Below, in pieces: positions 1-10,595 of a stretch of 64,000 nucleotides of DNA. The position numbers and the translations under genes are program-made. Each line of letters starts with the position of its first letter. Positions within the stretch are counted from its first letter, which is position 1. The stretch lies in assembly GCA_965226495.1 (NCBI GenBank), contig OZ245365.1, positions 5,984,001 through 6,048,000 of the forward strand. Reading direction: 5' to 3'. The DNA comes from Candidatus Marinacidobacterales bacterium. GTDB lineage: Bacteria > Acidobacteriota > Vicinamibacteria > Marinacidobacterales > DATDRI01. Below the pieces are notes generated by a model. It was not told the DNA's origin and made no database searches. It saw only the letters and a list, made by a program, of their open reading frames with translations.

Positions 1-1481
1 AGCTCTCCCCGAGCGGCCACATCCAACAGCTCGTCGTCCGGGATACTGCTCCACAGGAAAAACGACAGGCGCGACGCTAGCTCCAAATCGCTGATGCGGT
101 AGGCGGTGTGAGGCGCCACGCCGGCTGGATCCTGTTCGATCCGGAACAGGAACTCCGGACTCACCAGGAGCGCGGCCAGACCGATCTCGATACCCGCTTC
201 GAAGCCTTCTTTGGCTCGCGCCGCGCGGTAGAGCTCGATTGGTTTCTCAAGGTCCTCATCGGTCACGGGTCGCCGATAGACCCTCCGCATCAGTGTCGCA
301 AGGATGCGTCTGGCGCAGCCATCTTCCTCGTCCGGGTTGTCCGGCCGGCACACGAAAACGCGGCGCCGGCTCGGCGTGTCCCCGACACCCTCCGCATCGT
401 ACGGACCGGTGATCGAGACTGAATAGACGGCCGGCTGCATGCGGGGATGGCGGTAGTAGTTGAAGTGGGACTCGTAGGGTTGACGCGCCGTTTCGGGCAG
501 CAACGACGGCTTCTTGGGAAACGTGACGCCGAGTGTGTGCGGGCCGGCGGTCACCGGAACGCGGATTTTGAGGTGGTCGTCCAAGTTCGGCTGGGATGGT
601 TGGAAAATCAGAAGATTCTCTTCTCGAATCGGGGCCGGCTCCACCGTGAAGACACCCACCCGCTCCCTATCCAACAACAGCTCCAGCTCGTGAGTCTCGC
701 TCAAGCCCTCGACGTGCTCGTTGCGGTCTCTCGCCAGCCGAATCTTGATCTCGTACTCGCCGTCGACAGGGAACGTGTGAGGAACGAGTGCTCCGCCGCG
801 GGTGCCGACTGGAAGCCCGTCGAGATGCTTCTCTTGGGTCAGGTCGGGTCGGATCCGGATAGTGGAGCCACCCGGTCGACCGGTGAGTCGCCCCACCGCC
901 AGCCGGCTGATCTTCTCCGCCGCAGCAACGTAGCGCTCCAATAGGGTGGGCGAGAGATTGCCCACCGTCACATTGTCGAAGCCATAGCTGGACGAGTCGC
1001 CCGGCAACAACGACGCGACGTCGACCTCGAGCGCAAGCAGGTCGCGGATGGCGTTGTGGTACTCGGTGCGGTTGAGCCGCCGGAAAGTATCGGTTCGGCC
1101 TGGATTCGGAGTCGCGGCAGCCAGACTATCGAGTGACGTCTCCAGCGAAGCGAGCGCCGCCCGGTAGGTGTCCTCATCCGGTCGGGGCATGCCGGCCGGC
1201 GGCATCTGACGTGCGCGAAGCTTGCGGACGACTTTTTCCCACGCCTCCCAGTTCGAGTCCATCGGCTGCGCGTTGATCGTGTCGAGCTCGAGCCCCGCTG
1301 TTTTCGCAAAGCTGTTGTGACAGGAAAGGCAATACTCGTTGACCAAGGGGTGGTGTGGGGCAGCGGACGGCAGCGATCCCCCGCGAGATTCTTGCTGTGC
1401 CCCCACGGTGCACACGAAACCGCCGGCGGCCAGGAAACCCGTCATGCAGCGCAACAACCACACTCGCCGAGGGTTCAGCAT
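1..1481 (-). CDS. DUF1592/DUF1587-type (PSD/PSCyt) protein with N-terminal cytochrome c domain; runs off the left edge
   Basis: Manual translation from ATG 1481 (RBS GAGGAGG): MLNPRRVWLLRC...YCLSCHN...WEKVVRKLRARQMPP...FRRLNRTEYHNAIRDLL...GFDN. Absent from the ORF track because it has no stop in the window. Confidence 0.85.
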   Translation of the reverse strand, partial: MLNPRRVWLLRCMTGFLAAGGFVCTVGAQQESRGGSLPSAAPHHPLVNEYCLSCHNSFAKTAGLELDTINAQPMDSNWEAWEKVVRKLRARQMPPAGMPRPDEDTYRAALASLETSLDSLAAATPNPGRTDTFRRLNRTEYHNAIRDLLALEVDVASLLPGDSSSYGFDNVTVGNLSPTLLERYVAAAEKISRLAVGRLTGRPGGSTIRIRPDLTQEKHLDGLPVGTRGGALVPHTFPVDGEYEIKIRLARDRNEHVEGLSETHELELLLDRERVGVFTVEPAPIREENLLIFQPSQPNLDDHLKIRVPVTAGPHTLGVTFPKKPSLLPETARQPYESHFNYYRHPRMQPAVYSVSITGPYDAEGVGDTPSRRRVFVCRPDNPDEEDGCARRILATLMRRVYRRPVTDEDLEKPIELYRAARAKEGFEAGIEIGLAALLVSPEFLFRIEQDPAGVAPHTAYRISDLELASRLSFFLWSSIPDDELLDVAARGE

Positions 1482-1662
1482 TCGGTCTCCTCCTCAACAG
1501 GGTTTTCAAGCCTGGCGGACAGGATGAGAACCGGTTATACACCAATCGCTCCCCATCAGGCCAGTTCCTTCGGCCGACCCGGGTGAAGCGAGAGCCCCTC
1601 GCTCAGGTGCTAAGCGTTTGGGTGTTACGGTCCACTAGCGGTCGGAGCGACCGAAGAAGACC

Positions 1663-2334
1663 GATTCTGTGGAGTACACGGCGATACGGAAGGATCTATT
1701 TCGGTCCCGGTACTTCGGATGAAGGCAGAACCGTCGAGGTGGCCGGCATCGATCACGTCGGGTTGGGCTCGGACTTCGACAGCGCGCCGACCTTTCCAGA
1801 AGGGATGACGGATGTCGGAGATTATCCCAACCTTACTATGGAGCTTGCCGGTCGCGGCTATACCAAAGCGGATTTGCGTAAAGTTCTCGGCGAGAACGCG
1901 CTGCGTGTGCTAACCGCGGCGAAAGAAACTGCTGTTCGGCTCGGCGACAGCTCTCGTTAGGACTCCGGCCTCTCCCACACCGACTTCTGGTGCGTCAGAT
2001 TCTGTGGAGTACACGGCGATACGGAAGGATCTATTTCGGTCCCGGTACTTCGGATGAAGGCAGAACCGTCGAGGTGGCCGGCATCGATCACGTCGGGTTG
2101 GGCTCGGACTTCGACAGCGCGCCGACCTTTCCAGAAGGGATGACGGATGTCGGAGATTATCCCAACCTTACTATGGAGCTTGCCGGTCGCGGCTATACCA
2201 AAGCGGATTTGCGTAAAGTTCTCGGCGAGAACGCGCTGCGTGTGCTAACCGCGGCGAAAGAAACTGCTGTTCGGCTCGGCGACAGCTCTCGTTAGGACTC
2301 CGGCCTCTCCCACACCGACTTCTGGTGCGTCAGA
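1663..2334 (+). repeat. 335-bp tandem duplication (1663-1997, 1998-2332) containing a membrane dipeptidase C-terminal fragment
   Basis: GATTCTGTGGAGTACACG starts at 1663 and 1998. Both copies encode GIDHVGLGSDFD...KVLGENALRV and end in TGCGTCAGA. Confidence 0.95.
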
Positions 2335-2350
2335 ATCAGGGATAGGTAAG

Positions 2351-3406
2351 CTAAGACTCTGGTCTCCATCCACTCACGCACGAGCTCACCATGGTTGGCA
2401 CTATCCAACTCGAAATCCCGGCCTTCGTCAGCGCCTGCGAAAAGGCCCGGTTGCCGGTCGGGATGTGTTGTAGGTGATCGGACATTCCGGTAGCGAAACG
2501 GATTCCTTTTAGCTTTAGAAGGTTGGAGCGATACTTGTCGACCATATGGACGGGAAAATTAGCGAGCCACTTATTGTAGGCGCTCTCGGATCGCCGGATT
2601 TCCCCGTTCACGATCTCGAAGGGGTAATCAACGAACAGGGGAGGCTTATCGGGGTTGGGGGATAGACCTGCCGCCAATGCCGTGAGCGCGCGGGGATAGT
2701 CTCCGTGGCTTGGCGTGACGAAATGACTCTGGACCAAACCTTTCCTGTCTTTAGCTTCTATGGTCGGAATCCACTCGGGATTGCCAGCTTCTAGGTCTTT
2801 CACCATATCCAAACAACAGGCACTGAGTCCGTAAACGGCGCTAAAGACGTCCGCATTTTTGATCGCAATGTAGAGCGCGGAGTATCCACCCATCGACTGG
2901 CCGACAATACCCCGGCTGCTCGCGTCAGCAAGCGTGCGATAAGTCTCATCGATATACTGAACCAGGTCCCGAGCCACAAAGTCTTCCCAATTGCCGATCA
3001 CTGGCGAGTTGACGAAATAGGAGCCGCCATAGGCATTGCGGCCGTCTGGCATGACCACCATCATCTCTTGGATCTTGCCCTCGCCGATGAGCTGGTTCAT
3101 GGCTGTTTGAATATTGAAGCCCTGATAGCTTCCATCTCGCCACGAGGTATTGGCGTCGTTAAACCCGTGCAGAAGATAAACGACCGGGTAGCGCTTTTGG
3201 GAGCTGGTGTAGCCAGGAGGCAAGTAGACCATGACCTGTCGATTCGGCGAATCGCCCAAGAGGTTACCTTCCAATCCAGGGCTGTGGACCGTCTGATAGG
3301 TTAGGAAACCTTGAGCCATGGCGGCCGAGGGCGCTGTCACCATGATCGCCAGCGCTGCAAAGACAAATGCGCCTGCAGGAGTACGCTTCGATTGGTTCTT
3401 GGGCAT
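2351..3406 (-). pseudogene. Secreted alpha/beta-hydrolase (esterase family), apparently frameshifted near the C-terminus
   Basis: Signal peptide, YPVVYLLHG, GQSMGG nucleophile elbow. A His-containing tail (FELDSANHGELVREWMETRVLAYLS) lies in another frame after about 2415. Start set at ATG 3406 behind GAGGAGG. Confidence 0.65.
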
Positions 3407-3908
3407 GATTTCCTCCTCGAGAGGTATGATCTCCATTGCTTAGAGAAGAACCGGGAGTCTTGTATAGAGTGTTTTGAAGTGGGAGTCAACAACACACTTC
3501 TCGTGAGAAAACTTTTGATCTTTTTCCTGATTGTCTGCTCGACACCGGTCGACGGGAAGGTCAAGGAGGAATCTCCCAAGTTACTCTCTTGGATCGAGCC
3601 GATCGAAGTTCGTGAACAATGGCTGCCCAAAATGAACTCCTCCGAGGATAGTCGAGACCGGTTTAGGTGGTCCCTTTTTTTGGAGGATATCAAAAACAGT
3701 CGGCTAAGAAAACGTGATGCGGCATAACCATCGTATTCAAGTGACGAACTGCGTTCCGACATTCCCCGACTATGCTGCTCCTTACTACCATTTTCGGTAT
3801 TCTGAAATGCAGAACCTCGCATGGTTCGCACTTGATACGAGGAGCGTATGTGTTTTGTAGGTTTTGGAATAGTATCATGGAGTTAAATACAAAACCTTGC
3901 AATTTTGA

Positions 3909-5198
3909 ATGGAAAATATGCATATGCGAAACAAGATTAATAGAGCTTCGAAAATAGCTCTTGTGTATTTCCTTTTAGTGCCCTGGGCAAATCTGTCTGC
4001 TCAGGACTACAAGGGCTTCACATTAGAAGAATCAAGGTCTTATCATGACAAATTTTCCAAAGATATTTTCGTTGGATGGGGTGGTGGCGGTCGGCTCACC
4101 CGATACGTATTTCTTCACTTTTCGGAGTTTTGGCCACACTCAGTCATTAATCGGGCAGGAGCTGTCAAGGAATTGCCGCTTGCCCCTCGGGAAGATGTGG
4201 CTAATTTCATTACCAAAACACAGTTAGGAGAGCTATCCCTTAGGGAGTATGTAAGTAAAGCTGCAGTAGATGGCGTAGTGATACTCCACAAGGGTCAGAT
4301 TATCTTCGAGGACTATCCACGCATGTTTCCTAGCGATAAACACATTTACTTTTCAGTTTCAAAGGTGCTTATTTCCACAGCGATTGCAATTCTGGAAGAT
4401 CGTGGACAAATCGATGTTAGTAAAACCATAGATTTCTTCTTTCCTAAGCTAAAAGAATCCGACTGGAAGGGCGTTCAAGTAATAGATATCTTGGACATGA
4501 GTTCTGGCATGGATTGCAAGACTGAGTTCGGTGATCCAAACAACTGTTTTCAAAAATCTTTTTATGCCTACGGTTGGCCTTCAGTTGAAAATGCACTGGC
4601 AGATCCGATGGATTATTTTGCAACCATACGCTCTATTCGTCCACCAGGACAGATGTTCGAATATGTCAATGTCAATACTCTTATGTTGACTCTACTGGTG
4701 GAGCGAATTAGTGGATTGACGTTTTCTGATTTTATGGAGCAAGAAATTTGGCAACCTATGGGAGCTGAAGCTGACGCACTAATGCTCAGTGCAGCTTATG
4801 GGCGGGCTGTCACAACACTAGGTGTGAATTCTACAGTACGTGATATGGCACGCTTTGGATTGTCCTTTACCCCAACCGGAAGAAAGGGACAAAATCCGTT
4901 AATCTCGGATACATATCTCCGTAAAATTCAACAGGGTGGACGTCCTGAACTTTTCAGGCAATCGGATTTTCCGGACAAGTTTAAGGATGGATCGCTGAGT
5001 CATAACACCTATCAATGGGATTATGTAGCGAAGGATGGAGACTTCTACAAATCAGGCAGTGGCGGTCAGGGACTTTATATCTCACCCAGAAGAGATCTCG
5101 TAATTGCTTATTTCGGCACTTATGGTGAAGATAAAATATGGAATGAAATGCATCTTATCAACAGACAGCTTGCTAAATCGGGGCTCTTTGATGAGTAA
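3909..5198 (+). CDS. Serine hydrolase, beta-lactamase class C / 6-aminohexanoate-dimer hydrolase-like
   Basis: SxxK (FSVSK), LDMSSG, FEYVN, GSGGQGLYISP; signal peptide; visibly AT-richer than the flanks. Confidence 0.85.
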   Translation: MENMHMRNKINRASKIALVYFLLVPWANLSAQDYKGFTLEESRSYHDKFSKDIFVGWGGGGRLTRYVFLHFSEFWPHSVINRAGAVKELPLAPREDVANFITKTQLGELSLREYVSKAAVDGVVILHKGQIIFEDYPRMFPSDKHIYFSVSKVLISTAIAILEDRGQIDVSKTIDFFFPKLKESDWKGVQVIDILDMSSGMDCKTEFGDPNNCFQKSFYAYGWPSVENALADPMDYFATIRSIRPPGQMFEYVNVNTLMLTLLVERISGLTFSDFMEQEIWQPMGAEADALMLSAAYGRAVTTLGVNSTVRDMARFGLSFTPTGRKGQNPLISDTYLRKIQQGGRPELFRQSDFPDKFKDGSLSHNTYQWDYVAKDGDFYKSGSGGQGLYISPRRDLVIAYFGTYGEDKIWNEMHLINRQLAKSGLFDE

Positions 5199-5216
5199 AC
5201 ACTGTTCGCAGGTGCG

Positions 5217-5440
5217 GTGACCGATGAGATCTATGGCGTGGAGCTCCAAGCGTATGTCGTTTTGAGTGAAGAAGCGACGGCTACCGGCAAAGCACTGTAC
5301 GACCACTGCGCGAGCGAGCTCACTCCTCACAAAGTCCCACGCTCGATTCATCTGTGTCGGGACTTGCCTCGGACCGGTATGGAGCGGGTTAGCAAGGCTC
5401 GTTTGAAGGAGACCGGACCGATCGAGGAGTACCAGAGGTT
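5217..5440 (+). pseudogene. AMP-binding enzyme C-terminal domain remnant
   Basis: DEIYGVELQAYVVL...HKVPRSI...LPRTG resembles an acyl-CoA synthetase tail; no N-terminal part. Confidence 0.6.
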
Positions 5441-6085
5441 CGAGTGCCCGAACAAGCGTTCCGTTTAGCTAACCTCCTCCCGGACGAACGAGAAGCTGTT
5501 GTATCTCGAGCTCGACGGCACGTACCTGCGCTACCACCAAGGAGCGGAGAGGAAAGGATCCTCGTTGCGACCGCTATCGCGCTGATGGGACGCGAGTTCT
5601 TCTTCATATCGGTGTCGGCAACCGGAATCCTACGAGAACTGGAAGGGGTTCTTGCAGGAGATTGGCCCGAGGAATGAGGGAGCCGTTACTCATCGTGACG
5701 GACGGGAATCCTGGAGGCTCAAAGCGATCGCAGAGGTCTTCCCTCGAAGCCTCAAGCAACGTTGCCAGAAGCACCGCCTCGAGAACATCCTGGGCAAGGC
5801 TCCGAAGGAAGTGCGCGACGAACTCAAGGCGGCCATCCTTGAGTCGTTCCATGCGAACAGCTCGAGCAAGGGCTGAAGAAGGGTCGGGAGGTGATCGCTC
5901 GGTACCGTCAACGATTCCCGAGCGCGATGAAGTGCATGGAAGAGACCCTCGAAGCGTGTCTTCAGGCGCTACGCCTTCCTGCGGCGCATCACAAAAGGCT
6001 TCGCACGTCGAATCTAAGCGCACGTTCGGAGAGCACAAACGTCGCACAAAGGTCATTCCTCACTTCTTCACCGAGGAGGCCGCGA
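5440..6085 (+). mobile_element. Degenerate IS256-family transposase (multiple frameshifts)
   Basis: Fragments in different frames: LYLELDGTYL, LLIVTDGNPG, AIAEVFPRSLKQRCQKHRLENIL, HHKRLRTSN, KRRTKVIPHF. Confidence 0.75.
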
Positions 6086-6124
6086 ATCGGACCCGAAGAT
6101 CTCCGGCGGCGTTGCTCAGGTGCC

Positions 6125-6886
6125 TCAAGAACAAGAACCATAGAACCATAGAATCGAGATGCTCGCCATCTCGATCGCTTCTTCGAACGATTTGGAAAAA
6201 TGGCGGAGCGCATCGAACGCGGTCTCGCCGAACCGTGCCTGGGTCCAGGGCTCCAGGTCATACCGATTCGCGATAATTGTGTAGAGGTTCCAGCGGTGTT
6301 CGGCCTCGAGACCTTCCACGAAGTCCATAGCAACCGCGACGACCTGTAAGAAGACAGCGGTCATCAAGAGCAGGCGTGACGACCTCGAACCGAGCTCGTA
6401 CCAGAGAAATCCGAACATGAACAGCCCAAGAGCGCCGAAAAAAGGCAGGAAAAGAATTTGCCAAGCGTAGCTCGGGAAAAAGTTGAGAGTGGCGCCCGTC
6501 GCATTCCACAAGGCTTCTTTGAAAGTGCTCCCGAAGCGCTCGTGGAGTTGGGCGCCGTCATCGATGGCCATATAAAAGAAGAAGATGGACAGTACGAGCC
6601 ATCCCCATGACTTCCATCGCGGTCCGGGTCCGTTCTTAAGCGAGAGGTAGATCAATCCCAAGGTAAGGCTCGCCAAGAGCGTCTGGGTCATGGCGAACCA
6701 GGATGCCAACCCATCCTCCCTCGCGGTATTGAACATGCGGCGCATCGCCCCAATGTACGTCCACTCCCCGTAGTTGATGTGGTAGTCGAGGAACACGAAG
6801 ACGATCTCGGCCAGAATGCAGAAGATGAGGATCCGGAGGGCCAGGCGCTCGGAATTGATGGTCAGCTGAACCGGTTCCGGTGACAC
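6125..6886 (-). CDS. Multi-pass membrane protein, hypothetical; 3' end possibly disrupted next to the IS256 remnant
   Basis: Several hydrophobic helices, DDxAQLHE motif; short AGAACCAT tandem at the 3' end. Confidence 0.65.
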   Translation of the reverse strand: MSPEPVQLTINSERLALRILIFCILAEIVFVFLDYHINYGEWTYIGAMRRMFNTAREDGLASWFAMTQTLLASLTLGLIYLSLKNGPGPRWKSWGWLVLSIFFFYMAIDDGAQLHERFGSTFKEALWNATGATLNFFPSYAWQILFLPFFGALGLFMFGFLWYELGSRSSRLLLMTAVFLQVVAVAMDFVEGLEAEHRWNLYTIIANRYDLEPWTQARFGETAFDALRHFSKSFEEAIEMASISILWFYGSCS

Positions 6887-6913
6887 TCACAATAGGCTAA
6901 CACGAGGGTCGGC

Positions 6914-7000
6914 TTACTCGTAGCGGAGGGCAGTCATGGGATCGACGCGGGTGGCGCGTCGGGCGGGCAAGTAGCTGGCTACTGCGGCGACCGCCATCAA
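6914..7000 (-). pseudogene. Orphan C-terminal tail of an ADOP/MacB-type ABC permease
   Basis: Translates LMAVAAVASYLPARRATRVDPMTALRYE*, similar to the tail of 44749-47232. Confidence 0.75.
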
Positions 7001-7223
7001 CTCTCACCCGGCGTCTGACGTCGTTGATAACTGCACGGCATCCTTTGACGCCACTCTTCCCCAAACGGGGAGAGGGTGAGAATCGAGCAACGACGCGCAT
7101 CAGTTCACAGGCCTCGTCGGACCGGGGCCCCTCACCGGCGTCTGACGTTGTTGATAGCAGCACGGCATCCTTTGACGCCACCCTTCCCCAAAGGGGAGAG
7201 GGGTAGTTCGAGCGGCGAGGCGC
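7001..7223. repeat. Two diverged copies of an ~95-bp REP-like palindromic element (7001-7098, 7129-7223)
   Basis: Both contain CTCACC..GGCGTCTGACG...GCACGGCATCCTTTGACGCCAC..TTCCCCAAA.GGGGAGAGGG with internal inverted repeats. Confidence 0.8.
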
Positions 7224-7324
7224 TTCGGCCGAAATAACTCGCCGGACCAATAGTAGAGGGTCTTCACCCCGCTTGCCGTCAAGGTTGTGGTAGCTTTAGG
7301 GCTCCTTTCGAAAGGACGGTAGCC

Positions 7325-8596
7325 GTGAGCAGGTTTCTACTTTTGTCGGTCCTCCTGACCACCCTCGTAGTCGTCGGCCCAGTCGGTGCTCAGTCGGTGG
7401 CGGAGAGTGAAGATCAAGCGCTCGAACACGCCAAGGAGATCCTCCGTACCACGCCACTCATCGATGGGCACAACGACCTTCCATGGACTATCCGGGAGGA
7501 CTCCGAGGCCCCGCGGGACGTTGAAGCGTACGATATTCGACAAAAAACGGCGGGAGATACCGACCTGCCGAAGCTACGGGCCGGCCAAGTCAGTGCCCAG
7601 TTTTGGTCGGTATGGGTCCCAGGCGAGACCAAGGAAGGCTACGCTAAGGTGCAGCTCGAGCAGATCGACATCGCGCGACGAATGATCGCTCGCTATCCGG
7701 AGAGCCTGACCTTGGCCCTCACTGCCTCGGACATCGAAGCCGCTTTCGAACAAGGGCGCATTGCCTCACTCCTAGGGATGGAAGGCGGTCACGTGATCGA
7801 GAATTCCCTCGGAGCTCTTCGGGCCTTCTATGCTCTGGGCGCTCGCTACATGACCCTGACTCACAACGTCACACTGGATTGGGCCGATGCCGCACTGGAC
7901 GAGCCGAGACACAAGGGTCTCACCCGTTTCGGAAGAGAAGTCATTCGAGAGATGAATCGGCTCGGCATGTTGGTAGACCTCTCGCATGTCACACCCGAGG
8001 TCATGAACGATGCTCTCGATGTCAGTGACGCACCGGTGATTTTTTCGCATTCCTCTTCTCGCGCTTTGGTCGATCATCCCCGAAACGTTCCCGACGCGAT
8101 TCTCGAGCGCATGCCAAAGAACAAAGGCGTAGTGATGGTTAACTTCGTTCCGGGCTTCATATCAAAAGAAGTGGCGGCATGGGAAGCTCCATTGATGAGT
8201 CGTCTCATCGGAACGCTCTCAAGCGGAGAGTACGACCGCATTCGCACGGAGTACGCTGTCGAGCATCCGATGCCCCGCGCGACACTTGGCCAGGTCGCCG
8301 ATCACATCGAGCACGTCGCCAAGATCGCAGGCTTCGATTATGTAGGCATTGGAAGCGACTTCTGGGGAGGAGACGACATGCCGGTAGGCTTGGAGGACGT
8401 CTCCAAGTTTCCTCATCTCTTCGCTGAGCTCATCCGCCGAGGCTGGAGTGAGGCGGATCTCCGAAAGCTAGCGGGAGAGAATTCCCTGCGGGCGTTTCGT
8501 GAAGCCGAGGCGACAGCCAAAAGACTTCGGGAGTCGCGGCCTGCTTCCGCGGCGACAATCGAAGAGCTCGACGGGCCGGGCGAGCCAAAAAGCTGA
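7325..8596 (+). CDS. Membrane dipeptidase (peptidase M19), secreted
   Basis: IDGHNDLP, GMEGGH, VDLSH, FSHSS, VGIGSDF motifs; signal peptide. Confidence 0.92.
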   Translation: MSRFLLLSVLLTTLVVVGPVGAQSVAESEDQALEHAKEILRTTPLIDGHNDLPWTIREDSEAPRDVEAYDIRQKTAGDTDLPKLRAGQVSAQFWSVWVPGETKEGYAKVQLEQIDIARRMIARYPESLTLALTASDIEAAFEQGRIASLLGMEGGHVIENSLGALRAFYALGARYMTLTHNVTLDWADAALDEPRHKGLTRFGREVIREMNRLGMLVDLSHVTPEVMNDALDVSDAPVIFSHSSSRALVDHPRNVPDAILERMPKNKGVVMVNFVPGFISKEVAAWEAPLMSRLIGTLSSGEYDRIRTEYAVEHPMPRATLGQVADHIEHVAKIAGFDYVGIGSDFWGGDDMPVGLEDVSKFPHLFAELIRRGWSEADLRKLAGENSLRAFREAEATAKRLRESRPASAATIEELDGPGEPKS

Positions 8597-8628
8597 AGGT
8601 TGCAATAACGAGGGTCTCTTCGAGGGAC

Positions 8629-9975
8629 ATGGACCGCGCAGTTGTTCACGAAGGCCGCGTTGACTCGGTCTGGCTCGCTGGCGAAGCCACGTATGAGCCC
8701 ACCCGAAGACTCACCGCTGTGCGCCGCGCCGATGTTGCCATCATCGGAGGTGGTTTCACCGGCGTGTCCACTGCCTATCACCTGTCGAAGCGACACCCGG
8801 ACAAGCGGATCCTGATCCTGGAGGCCCACGAGCTCGCTTCCGGAGCGAGTGGCCGTAACGGGGGTTTGGTCCTCACCGGGCTACCCGGTCTTCACCCGAA
8901 CGACCCCGATGAGTACCGCGATCATTACGAGATGAGCCGTGCAGGAATTGATCTCATCGAATCGATCATCAAAGAAAATGGACTGGACGTTTCGTTTCGA
9001 CGTGACGGTTGCCTCAAGCTTTTTACCAGCCAGAGACGAGCCGATATCGCCGCCGCCGAGACCGAAAGGCGTCATGCAGCGGGTGTTCCGGAGGAGTTTC
9101 TTGCTGGGGAAGTGTTAGACGATTGGATTCGAATGCAGGGCGTCAAGGGCGCCATACTCGATCCCACTGCTGGGCAGCTGAACGGTGCTCAGTTCGTACG
9201 GAGTTTGCGTCCGATCTTGGCGAACCGGGGTGTCGAGATATACGAGCGAACGCCGGTGATCTCGGTTCAAGAAGGTTCTGAAGTGAGGCTCGAGACACCG
9301 GGAGGCGAGGTCCGGGCGCGAGCGATTGTCTTGGCGACCAATGCCTACACCCCACGCCTCGGCTACTTCAAGAACCAGCTCATTCCCTTACATTCTCACG
9401 TTCTCGCGACCGAACCTCTTACTAGTAGGGAATGGGGTGAGATCGGTTGGCGAAGAGGTTGTGGGTTCATCGATGATTCGGGTCGAACAGCCTATGGTGC
9501 CATGACGGCGGAGGGCCAGATGGTCTTTGGAGGCGGGAGTAACGCTTCCTACGACTATCTTTTTGGTAGCAGGGCGAATCTTTCCGAGAGGAGAGACCAG
9601 GCGACGAACGCCGTTTACAGACAGCTGGGACGATATTTCCCGAAAGCTCGCCTCGTGGGTGTTCGTCAGCGATGGAGCGGAGCGATCGGAATGACCTTCA
9701 ACCGCGTGCCCACGATAGGCGTCCGTGGTTCCCACCGCAACGTCTACTATGCAGTAGGGTACAGCGGGTTCGGAATCACGATGTCGAACCTCGCCGGTAA
9801 GATACTTTGCGATATCTACAGCGATGACGATGATCGCTGGCGCACGTTGCCGTTTTATTGTCGGGAGCCGTCGTGGATTCCGCCCGAGCCGCTCCGTTGG
9901 TTAGGCTACAAGGCCTTCACCGGCTTGACCGGCAACTCGCCCCGCACCTGGCACAAGAAGCGCCTGCGCTCGTAG
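8629..9975 (+). CDS. FAD-dependent oxidoreductase (DAO family, PuuB/OrdL-like)
   Basis: DVAIIGGGFTG, GASGRNGG, VLATNAY, GYSGFG. Confidence 0.85.
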   Translation: MDRAVVHEGRVDSVWLAGEATYEPTRRLTAVRRADVAIIGGGFTGVSTAYHLSKRHPDKRILILEAHELASGASGRNGGLVLTGLPGLHPNDPDEYRDHYEMSRAGIDLIESIIKENGLDVSFRRDGCLKLFTSQRRADIAAAETERRHAAGVPEEFLAGEVLDDWIRMQGVKGAILDPTAGQLNGAQFVRSLRPILANRGVEIYERTPVISVQEGSEVRLETPGGEVRARAIVLATNAYTPRLGYFKNQLIPLHSHVLATEPLTSREWGEIGWRRGCGFIDDSGRTAYGAMTAEGQMVFGGGSNASYDYLFGSRANLSERRDQATNAVYRQLGRYFPKARLVGVRQRWSGAIGMTFNRVPTIGVRGSHRNVYYAVGYSGFGITMSNLAGKILCDIYSDDDDRWRTLPFYCREPSWIPPEPLRWLGYKAFTGLTGNSPRTWHKKRLRS

Positions 9976-9981
9976 CTGCCC

Positions 9982-10407
9982 CTACTCACCAGGTACAACC
10001 TGAATCGACCAAAGAAAGTGGGTGAGCTGGTTGATGCGTTCTTGCGCTTGCGCCTCGGTGTCGGTGGTTTTGAAGGCGTTTCCCCAGACCGGCATGTCTT
10101 TGCTCCCATGGCCGGCCACCTTTTCACGGCCGTCGATTATTTTGCCGACGTCGTCGAATGGGAATTCCCCGTTTCTCTCTCTGATGCGAGTGAGATCCGC
10201 CGGCGCCACTCTCAGATCGTTGGCGAGGGGTCCATCTCCCTTGGCGCCCAAGCCATGGCAGCTCCCACAATAGGTCTTGAAGGACTCACCTCCCGCGGCG
10301 GCCGCCGCGTTGGGCCTTTCTCTTTGCTGTCCAGCGCCCAGCAGAAGGATCGCCAGGAGGCCCGGAACGAGCAGAAGGTCAACAGTCGCAGATCTTGTCT
10401 TTTGCAT
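9982..10407 (-). CDS. Monoheme c-type cytochrome
   Basis: CGSCH heme motif, signal peptide, HGSKDMPVWG. Confidence 0.88.
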   Translation of the reverse strand: MQKTRSATVDLLLVPGLLAILLLGAGQQRERPNAAAAAGGESFKTYCGSCHGLGAKGDGPLANDLRVAPADLTRIRERNGEFPFDDVGKIIDGREKVAGHGSKDMPVWGNAFKTTDTEAQAQERINQLTHFLWSIQVVPGE

Positions 10408-10595
10408 GTTTATTCCTCCTACTAAAGGAATGTTTCCTTTGAAGGGAGGGGCAAGAAATATTCCACCGGAGTCCCAGGATCCTCTTTCTCTATGTGGTTC
10501 TGAAGGTGTACGTTAGCAAGGTAAACCGAGGCTCGCGGGCAGTCCCGTGGCTCGGTTGGGGGATTCGGCGCAGTTTTCTGGGCTAAATAGACCAA

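Noticed and set aside
5874-5876. TGA in the IS256 fragment as another Sec codon
   Set aside because: The downstream homologous segment is in a different frame and there is no redox motif; ordinary decay.
7001-7223. CRISPR array
   Set aside because: Only two long diverged units, no regular repeat-spacer pattern and no cas genes.
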